DNA of 64,000 nucleotides, taken from the NCBI GenBank assembly GCA_001724265.1, contig MEDY01000054.1:124001-188000 (forward strand), written 5' to 3'. The DNA comes from Rhizaria sp. SCN 62-66. Taxonomy: Eukaryota. A program made the position numbers and the translations under genes. Under the pieces are notes generated by a model. The model ran no database searches. It saw only the letters and a program-made list of their open reading frames with translations, and was not told the DNA's origin. This document shows, one piece after another, positions 35,631-42,866 of the stretch. Position 1 is the first letter of the stretch. Each line of letters opens with the position of its first letter.

Positions 35631-38471
35631 ATGCTTGCGGCGCTCGACCTGGCGGGGCTGCTGGCGCAGCTGGGCCTGCTGGTGCTGGTGCTCTTTGCGC
35701 CGACGCTGAAGCAGCTGCGGCGCGCGTTTCTGACCGTGGACCCGATCTCGATGGACTACCGGCGCTCGCCGACGCTGGCCGCGCTGTATGGGCTGCTCGT
35801 CACGGCTCCCACGGCGCTCTTCGTGCTGCAGGAGCTGCACGACCTGGGCAAGCTGCAGGTGCTGCCGTTCCTCTCGCGCTACCTCCGCGTTGCCGGTTTT
35901 GTTGCCGTGCCCATCATGCTGACTCTGCTCCGCCCCATGGCCGCGCTGCCGCTGGACCGCTTCGACGTCATGCTGCTCGTCTCACTCGTGGCGCCCGTCG
36001 CGCTCCACGAGGCGCTCCCGCGCGCGGACATCCTCTACTCGGTCACCTTCCCGGAGGAGCCGCTGCTGCGCGGGTTTGACGCGCTCTACCTAACGCTCGC
36101 GCTGCTCGTAACGCTGCTCTTCGGCGTCCTTCGCCCGCAGCCCGACACCGGACTGGGCCCCGAGACGCGGCTCCCGCGCGCGCGCGACGCGCTGCTCGTC
36201 TTCCTGGGCTGCTGCGTTGTCGCGGGCGTCCTCGCCGTTGGCGCCGCGGCCGGCTGGGTGGGGCTGCCCGCGGGCGGCGCCGCCAGCGACCCCGCGCACC
36301 GCCTCGCGCCGTGGGAGCAGGCGCTGGCGGTGCTCGTCGCCTACGTCGCGCTGGCTGTGCCGCTCGAAATCTTCTTCCGCGGCGTCGTGCAGAACATCGT
36401 GCACGCGCGCATTGAGGCCCGCCGCGACATCGCGCGCTTTACCTCCATCTCCCCCGTCGTGCTCACGCCCATCTCACTCTCGCCAATGCACCGACCCGCG
36501 ACGGGCTCTGTTAGCGGGTCGGCGTTCGGGGCGCTCACGTACGGTGGGTTCGGGGGCAAGGCGACGGTGGCGCCGCTGGGCCGCGCGCGCGGCGACGCAG
36601 GCGGGCCCTACGGCGCCGCCAGCGGGCTCTACAGCGGCGGCGACAGGGACAGAGACATCGACAACGGCCGTGTCATTCGCGACGAGAACGGGGACGCCGT
36701 ATTCAGCTCCGACGCCGACGAGACAGAGTACGAGAACGACGACGACGACGACGCGCGCGCGCAGGCGGCCCGCGCGGCGCGGCAGGCGGCGCGGGCGCGG
36801 CAGGGGGACTCTCGGGCCCGGGCCGCCGAGGCCAAGGCCAAGGCGGCCGAAGACCGGCGCCGGATGAAGCTGCGCAAGAAGCTGCTGCGGCAGAAGCGGC
36901 GCAAGCAGCGCAAGCAGCAGCACAAGTACGGCGCCTTCGGTGACGACGAGGATGAAGACGAGGACGAGGACGAGGATGATGGCAGTGGCAGTGGCAGTGG
37001 CAGTGACGCTGGCTCCGACGTCGAGGCCGGTGGCAGCAGCCTCGACGCGCTGTCGTCGCCTTCAAAGCGCTCTGGCAAGGCGAAGACGCAGTCTGAGACA
37101 CAGACGCAGACACAGACTCAGCCCGAGATTACTGAGACACAGCCCAGTGAGGTCCCTGCTAGCGCTGGCGCCGGCTTCTTCGGCAGCTCGCTGTTCAGCT
37201 TCCTGTCGCCGAAAAGCTCTGCTGCGGCCAAGCCCGCCGCTGCCAATGGCGATGGCAACGAGCTCAAGTCCCCTCTGCTCGGCGACAGCGACAGCGGCAG
37301 CGGCAGCTCTGCCGGCCTGAGCAACGCCAGTTTGCCCCCTCTGGACGGCCTGGCCAACACCGGCAGCGGCGCCGGCGCCGGCGGCTACCAGCCCCCGCCC
37401 CTGCCGCTGCCGCAGCCACAGTCGGGCGCTGACTCCGCCGCGGCCGACACCGCCAACGCGCACGTGCGCAGGTCGTACTACAGCGAGATGGCCGCCCCCA
37501 CGCCCTCGGCGGCGCCCGCAACAGCCAAGAGCGCCGCCGAGGCCCTGTTCGACCTGGGCGCGGCGACCCCGGAGATGGCGCCCATCTCGCACCTCAGCGC
37601 GAGCGCGCGCGCGCAGTCGCTGTTCCTGCACTCGTACTCGGCGGCCGACGCGGCCTCGCTCTCGGCGCTCACGGCGCGGGGCTCCGTCGGTGGCGGTGGC
37701 GGCGACGCAGTCAGGCTCAAGCCGCTGTCGCGCGTGTCGTCGCCCGCGCCCAGCTCAATCGGCCAGGGCGCTGGCTACGGCAGCGTCAACGGCGACGGCG
37801 GCGCCGGCGCCGTTGTTGTGCACTCGCCGCACGCAGTCACAACCGCCATCGCACCGTCGTCGGCATTAGTCCTGAACAGCAACGACGCGCTGGCCGCCGC
37901 GGCAGCGCGCGCGGGCGCGGACGCGGCCTCGGGCATCAACGCGCGCGTGGCCGCCGCCTCCGCGGCCTCTGGCGGCGGCGCCACCTTCCTGGACCTGACG
38001 GCGGCGGCGCTGGGGCCAGGCGCCGCGTCGCAGGCCGCGCTGGGCGCTCTGCCGCCCCATGCCTCGCGCGCGCGCGACATCGAGTCCCCGCGCTGGGCCG
38101 GCTGGGAGGAGAAGACGCGCGCCGAGGCGCGCCGCCGCGGCGGGCTCTGGGCGCGCTGGCGCTGCGCGCGCTGGCTGCTGCTGCCGCGCGCGGCTGACGT
38201 GGCGGCGCTGGCGCTGGGCGCGGCGCTGTACGCGCTCGCGCTGCTGTATCCCGTCGCGGCCGCGGTCGTGGACCCCGCGCCCGAGGGGCAGCCCGCGCGC
38301 GGCCCCGGGGACCTGGCCGGCGGCGTGTGGCTCGCTCTGTGGGCCGCGCTCTGGGTCCAGGGGCTGGCGTGCGGCTGGGTGTGGCGCCTGACCTGCCAGG
38401 TGTGGTGCTCGGCCGTCGTCTCGCTCGCGTTCCTCTACACCGCGCTCCACCTCGTAGAGGTCAAGATTTGA
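35631..38471 (+). CDS. Multi-pass membrane protein, CPBP (Abi/type II CAAX protease)-like, probably inactive, with a large low-complexity insertion (946 aa)
   Basis: Multiple N-terminal hydrophobic helices end in PLEIFFRGVVQN (EExxFRG-like motif 1). C-terminal TM helices contain GLACGWVWRLTCQVWCSAVVS (motif 4-like region without His). Ends in TGA. Confidence 0.6.
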   Translation: MLAALDLAGLLAQLGLLVLVLFAPTLKQLRRAFLTVDPISMDYRRSPTLAALYGLLVTAPTALFVLQELHDLGKLQVLPFLSRYLRVAGFVAVPIMLTLLRPMAALPLDRFDVMLLVSLVAPVALHEALPRADILYSVTFPEEPLLRGFDALYLTLALLVTLLFGVLRPQPDTGLGPETRLPRARDALLVFLGCCVVAGVLAVGAAAGWVGLPAGGAASDPAHRLAPWEQALAVLVAYVALAVPLEIFFRGVVQNIVHARIEARRDIARFTSISPVVLTPISLSPMHRPATGSVSGSAFGALTYGGFGGKATVAPLGRARGDAGGPYGAASGLYSGGDRDRDIDNGRVIRDENGDAVFSSDADETEYENDDDDDARAQAARAARQAARARQGDSRARAAEAKAKAAEDRRRMKLRKKLLRQKRRKQRKQQHKYGAFGDDEDEDEDEDEDDGSGSGSGSDAGSDVEAGGSSLDALSSPSKRSGKAKTQSETQTQTQTQPEITETQPSEVPASAGAGFFGSSLFSFLSPKSSAAAKPAAANGDGNELKSPLLGDSDSGSGSSAGLSNASLPPLDGLANTGSGAGAGGYQPPPLPLPQPQSGADSAAADTANAHVRRSYYSEMAAPTPSAAPATAKSAAEALFDLGAATPEMAPISHLSASARAQSLFLHSYSAADAASLSALTARGSVGGGGGDAVRLKPLSRVSSPAPSSIGQGAGYGSVNGDGGAGAVVVHSPHAVTTAIAPSSALVLNSNDALAAAAARAGADAASGINARVAAASAASGGGATFLDLTAAALGPGAASQAALGALPPHASRARDIESPRWAGWEEKTRAEARRRGGLWARWRCARWLLLPRAADVAALALGAALYALALLYPVAAAVVDPAPEGQPARGPGDLAGGVWLALWAALWVQGLACGWVWRLTCQVWCSAVVSLAFLYTALHLVEVKI

Positions 38472-39865
38472 TCTGACTGCTGCCGGTGTCGGTGATGCTG
38501 TGCGGCCAGGTGAGCGAGGGCTGGCTGACTGTCTGTGTGTGAGGCTTTATACTCTGTGGAGTGTAGCGAAGCAGCCAGCTCAGTCAAGAAAACACTGCTA
38601 GATACATGTACAGTTATGTGGGAAAATGAAGAACCACTGGGTTGAAGCTTTATGGCATTGAATATAACGTTTATTTGTATCCTATGTACATTGTACGTAC
38701 TACATACATAAGTTTTATTGTGATCCATGAACAGAGTCAGTCTACATCAATGCCGAAGATGTGCCTCACTGCTGGAGCTTGCGAGACCGAGGAGACGCGT
38801 CCCGAAGTGGTCGAGAAGTCAACTCGACATTACCAGATAGTCAGTAATATAAAAATGTTGTGAACATCTCGCATTCTAATCTGATAAATGTGATCTCCAT
38901 TCTATATTAATAGATTAAATTTTCCTTCTTATTCATGCACCGCATTTTGAGTCTCGCATGGACACAGACTTCTGTGAAAACAACAATAACAATTCATAAT
39001 ATACTTGGTTTTTATTGTTTTCATAGAAAAGGAGAGTCTGTGTTCACAAGAAAATGAAGTGTGTATACACAAGAAACGCCACCTTTATATCGCGGCCGGC
39101 AAATGCTGTCGAATGGAATTTTATGCAGAATGTCGGCTGTTACACATGGCTTTTGGCACCAGCCTCTCAAACGTATTATAACATCGATGGTGCGTCACGG
39201 AGGTTCCCCATGGGCTCTTTGGCAAGCTTTACATCTCGTTGACTAGTACAAACACCAGTGGCGCCATGCCGAAATGCAGAGGATCGCTAAAGATTGGAAA
39301 GACACAGCTCCTAGTTGTGCTCTCTGTGCAAGCGTGTGGACACATGTGGAAGATCGTGCTGTAAATTAAGCTTATGAGGCGTATGTAACACATGACTCAC
39401 GCGTTCGCCTCCTATTGACATGACAGTTGTGGTTTGCCACTGCGCTTTGTTGATTAATGAAAGAAAGCTGCTGTGATCATGCAGAATATATATGGACATG
39501 TGTTTGACATGTGTATTGTTTTTCAGCTTTCCTTTGTTGTGACGCACGACATTTTACATTAAAAAAGCATGTGAGACGGTGACTACTCTGCGGACACGTT
39601 GTTAATACATGCACATTATTCTCTTCTTCTTCTTTGACAGTGGCCCTAAAGCCGTCGACGAGGGGTCTTAATGCAAATTTTGTCCGCATTGCGTGGCTTG
39701 CTGTGCGCATCGTTTGATATTCACAAACTAGATTATATCCTAAACCCCCGTGCTTTAATTACATATTTAATATTTTTCTTTGGATCGTTGGCTCATCAGC
39801 ACTGACTGCCCTTTTCCGCCCGGCCACCCTTTTTTTCCGTTGCTTGCCTTCGCCAGTTCTGTCCG

Positions 39866-42181
39866 ATGGGCTCCGACCCCGTCACTTCCGCCCCGACGAG
39901 CGCGCCCGTGCCCGCGCCTTCCCCTTCCTCGTCTGCGCCCGCGACGCCGTCGATGCCCGCGGCGGACTTCGCGACGAAGCCCGAGGTGAGCGTGATGTCC
40001 GTGCTGGCGCCGATGCCACCACTGCCGCGCTCGTTCGACGTCCAGAAGCTCTTCCAGCTGCTCACCAATTTCGCCCGCGAACCCAACACGGACAAGCCGC
40101 TGGTGATCCCGATGGAGGACGCCAACGTGCGCCACTTTATTCACCAGACGGCGCTGCGCATGGACCTCGTGGCCGCCTCGGAGGGCTACCCGGCGCGCAA
40201 CGTGGTCATCTACAAGGGCCGCGAAGAGGAGGTGCAGAAGCTGCGCACCACGCTCCGTGACTTCGCGCGCGAGAGTGACGCCGGGCAGGAGAAGCTCTCG
40301 CTGCCGCCGATGCCCGCCGAGATGCGCTACACCGTGCGGCTGCTCGCGCGCGACTACGGGCTTGTCGCACTGTCCGAGTCGCTCGGCGTGGCGCGCCACC
40401 CCGTCGTGTGGCGCTCGCCGGACCGCCAGCGCATCCTCGCGCGCCTCCAGGCCTTCGTCTCCGAGCAGCCCCTCCCGGTCACCACCCCCGCTGCCGCCGC
40501 TGCTGCTCCTGACGCCGCTGCCGTCGCGGCCGCGGCCGCCAGCGGCGTCCCCGCCGGCGCCCGCGTCATCCCCCCCGTCTCCGGGGCTCCTCTGCGCTAC
40601 GCGACGACGCGGCTCGAGTTCCCGCCAATGGAGCCCGCGCTGCAGCACACGATCGCGATGCTGGCCACGGACCTGGGCCTGTTCCCGATCTCCGAGGGCG
40701 TGGCGGAGCAGAAGCACATGGCGGTGTACCGCGAGCCGCCGCAGGAGTTCACTGCGCTGCAGGAGCGCGAGGTCCGCGATCTCTTCACGCGCATGAAGCG
40801 CGCCGCCGCGGCATCCTCGGCTACTGTCACAGCCGCTCTGGCCGAGGGCGAGACGGTCGAGGCCATCTCCTCTGTCGACATCGCGGCTGCGCTGCAGGAG
40901 CTGGCCATCCCCGAGCACTACGGCCGCGGACTGCTGCAGCTGGCCCAGGCCACGGGCTCCATCACCGTGGGCGCCTTCTGCCATTACCTCCAGTCGCGCG
41001 AGCGCGAGCTGCGCGCCGTGTTTACGTCCTTCGACCGCTCGCAGACGGGCCGCGTGCGCGCCGCCGACGTGCTGTCAGCGATGCGCGCGCTGGGCATCGA
41101 GCCGACCTCGCGCGACTTCGCGCTGCTTCAGGCAGTGCTCACGCGCGCCAGCGAGTCGGGCGACGCTGGCATGAGCTTCGTGCAGTTCCGCGACCTGGTT
41201 TCGCTGCTTACGCCCGCGGACCTCAACGCGCTGGGCGAGCACAGGCTGGCCGCGGCCTCGCACGGCTTCACGGCGCGCGCGCCCGCGACCGAGGCCGCGA
41301 TGGGCAAGAGCGCGCTGTACGCCACTGTGGCTTCGGCGCTTAGCGGCGGCATCGCCAACGCTTTCTCGCGCACCGTCGTCGCGCCCTTCGAGCGCGTGCG
41401 GCTGCAGATGAGCGTGGACCCGGGGCTGTACAGCGGCATGGGCGACTGCCTCAAGCGCGTCTACGACAAGGAGGGCATCAAGGGCCTGTGGCGCGGCAAC
41501 GTGCTCAACGTGATCCGCATCGCGCCGCAGGGCGCCATCTCGTTCCTCACCAAAGACCTGGTCAAGGACGCGCTGCCGGCGTCGCTCAAGTACACGTCGC
41601 TGGGGCTCGCGCTGGCGTCGATGATGTCGGGCGCCATCTGCATGAGCGCCGTATACCCGCTCGACATGGTGCGCGCGCGCGTGACCACATCGCCGGGGCT
41701 GTATCCGTCCTGGCAGGCCGGACTCGCGCAGATCTACAAGCAGGGCGGCTGGAAGGGGCTCTTCGAGGGCGTGCACTACTCCAACGCCTGGGCCGCCGTG
41801 TACTACGGCGTGCAGTTTTACAGCTACGACTCACTCAAGCGCCTCTACGCACAGTACCGACGCGCCAACGGCCAGGAGGGGCCCATCTCGCCCTCGGTGG
41901 GGCTCGTCTTCGGCGCCGTCTCGGGCACGCTGTGCGTGTCGGCGGCGTACCCGTTCGAGGCCGTGCGGCGCAAGCTCCAGGTCCAGGGTTTCGGCGGCCG
42001 GCCCGTGCTTTATGAGGGCTGGTGGGACTGCGTCAAGAAGGTCGTCGGCAAGGAGGGCGCGCGCGGGCTCTTCCGCGGGCTCGGCGCAAACATGGTCAAG
42101 ACGCCGCCGTCGATTGCGCTCACCTTCTGGGCCTACGAGCTCCTCATGAAGAACGTCTTCCACGCTAATGTCAAGGCGTAA
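39866..42181 (+). CDS. Mitochondrial carrier of SCaMC (ATP-Mg/Pi) type with degenerate EF-hands and three N-terminal R3H-like domains (771 aa)
   Basis: Carrier repeats SRTVVAPFERVRLQM, VYPLDMVRARV and YPFEAVRRKLQ, plus GLWRGNVLNVIRIAP. SCaMC-like EF region FCHYLQSRERELRAVFTSFDRSQTGRV. Three R3H-like units at about 40040-40735. Ends in TAA. Confidence 0.9.
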   Translation: MGSDPVTSAPTSAPVPAPSPSSSAPATPSMPAADFATKPEVSVMSVLAPMPPLPRSFDVQKLFQLLTNFAREPNTDKPLVIPMEDANVRHFIHQTALRMDLVAASEGYPARNVVIYKGREEEVQKLRTTLRDFARESDAGQEKLSLPPMPAEMRYTVRLLARDYGLVALSESLGVARHPVVWRSPDRQRILARLQAFVSEQPLPVTTPAAAAAAPDAAAVAAAAASGVPAGARVIPPVSGAPLRYATTRLEFPPMEPALQHTIAMLATDLGLFPISEGVAEQKHMAVYREPPQEFTALQEREVRDLFTRMKRAAAASSATVTAALAEGETVEAISSVDIAAALQELAIPEHYGRGLLQLAQATGSITVGAFCHYLQSRERELRAVFTSFDRSQTGRVRAADVLSAMRALGIEPTSRDFALLQAVLTRASESGDAGMSFVQFRDLVSLLTPADLNALGEHRLAAASHGFTARAPATEAAMGKSALYATVASALSGGIANAFSRTVVAPFERVRLQMSVDPGLYSGMGDCLKRVYDKEGIKGLWRGNVLNVIRIAPQGAISFLTKDLVKDALPASLKYTSLGLALASMMSGAICMSAVYPLDMVRARVTTSPGLYPSWQAGLAQIYKQGGWKGLFEGVHYSNAWAAVYYGVQFYSYDSLKRLYAQYRRANGQEGPISPSVGLVFGAVSGTLCVSAAYPFEAVRRKLQVQGFGGRPVLYEGWWDCVKKVVGKEGARGLFRGLGANMVKTPPSIALTFWAYELLMKNVFHANVKA

Positions 42182-42496
42182 AATGCAAGAATCGTGAACG
42201 ACTGAAACGAAGCGTTAAGATATCGCCCTAAGTGACTTCTGCGTGTTGCTGAAGTCAGAGAACGGCTATGTACATGTATCATAATTATAAACAACAGACG
42301 AGGATAGGTTAATTCCCAAATGCAAAATAGCACAAAACACCACAAAAAATACACAACGTGAATCCAACTTCACTGCCCACATCGAAGCTTATGTGAAACG
42401 AAAAGACGCTACAGTTCGTTGCTAGGCTACATGTACTTTTAGTACTATGGACAAAGAAAAGAGCAAAAAGAAACGGGAAGGCCGAAAGCAGTCGAG

Positions 42497-42508
42497 GGGA
42501 ATCGAACC
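42497..42508 (-). promoter_or_regulatory. Pol III B box (GGTTCGATTCCC) downstream of U6
   Basis: Matches the consensus GGTTCGANTCC. It lies 10 nt past the U6 oligo-T terminator on the same strand. Confidence 0.75.
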
Positions 42509-42518
42509 TGCGGCGAGC

Positions 42519-42636
42519 AAAAAAAAAACGTTATACTTTTCTCGTATTATGCGTGTCATACTTGTGCAGTGAGCCATGCTAATCTTCTCTGTATATTTCC
42601 AATTTTTTCTGAGGCACGAAGTTTCCTTCGGCCGAC
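42519..42636 (-). ncRNA. U6: U6 spliceosomal snRNA
   Basis: The minus strand reads a 5' hairpin GGCCGAAG-GAAA-CUUCGUGCC, then AAAAUUGGAAAUAUACAGAGAAGAUUAGCAUGGCUCACUGCACAAGUAUGACACGCA (ACAGAGA box, AGC triad, ISL), ending in T10. The 5' end is approximate. Confidence 0.96.
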
Positions 42637-42653
42637 GTTAGGGGCAGAACGCC

Positions 42654-42662
42654 AAATATATA
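42654..42662 (-). promoter_or_regulatory. TATA element of the U6 gene
   Basis: TATATATTT begins about 26 nt upstream of the inferred U6 start. Confidence 0.6.
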
Positions 42663-42866
42663 GAGGATTGTTCAGGGCTGATGTAGATCTTGTGAATCAG
42701 CGATAAACTGAAATCTGTGAATATCGACGCCTATTCATGCACTGAAGACATATCAAACTTACTAAATATTTAAATTTATGTATTAACTATTTATCTTTAG
42801 TGGGTCTTCTATTGACGGAGATTTGAACCGGGATATCTGAAAGTTTCACTTCCGACCACAAATTTG

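Noticed and set aside
42481-42515. tRNA gene (possible UAG suppressor) suggested by GGTTCGATTCC
   Set aside because: Only a B box is present: there is no paired T stem, D arm, anticodon arm or acceptor stem. I found no tRNA in this window.
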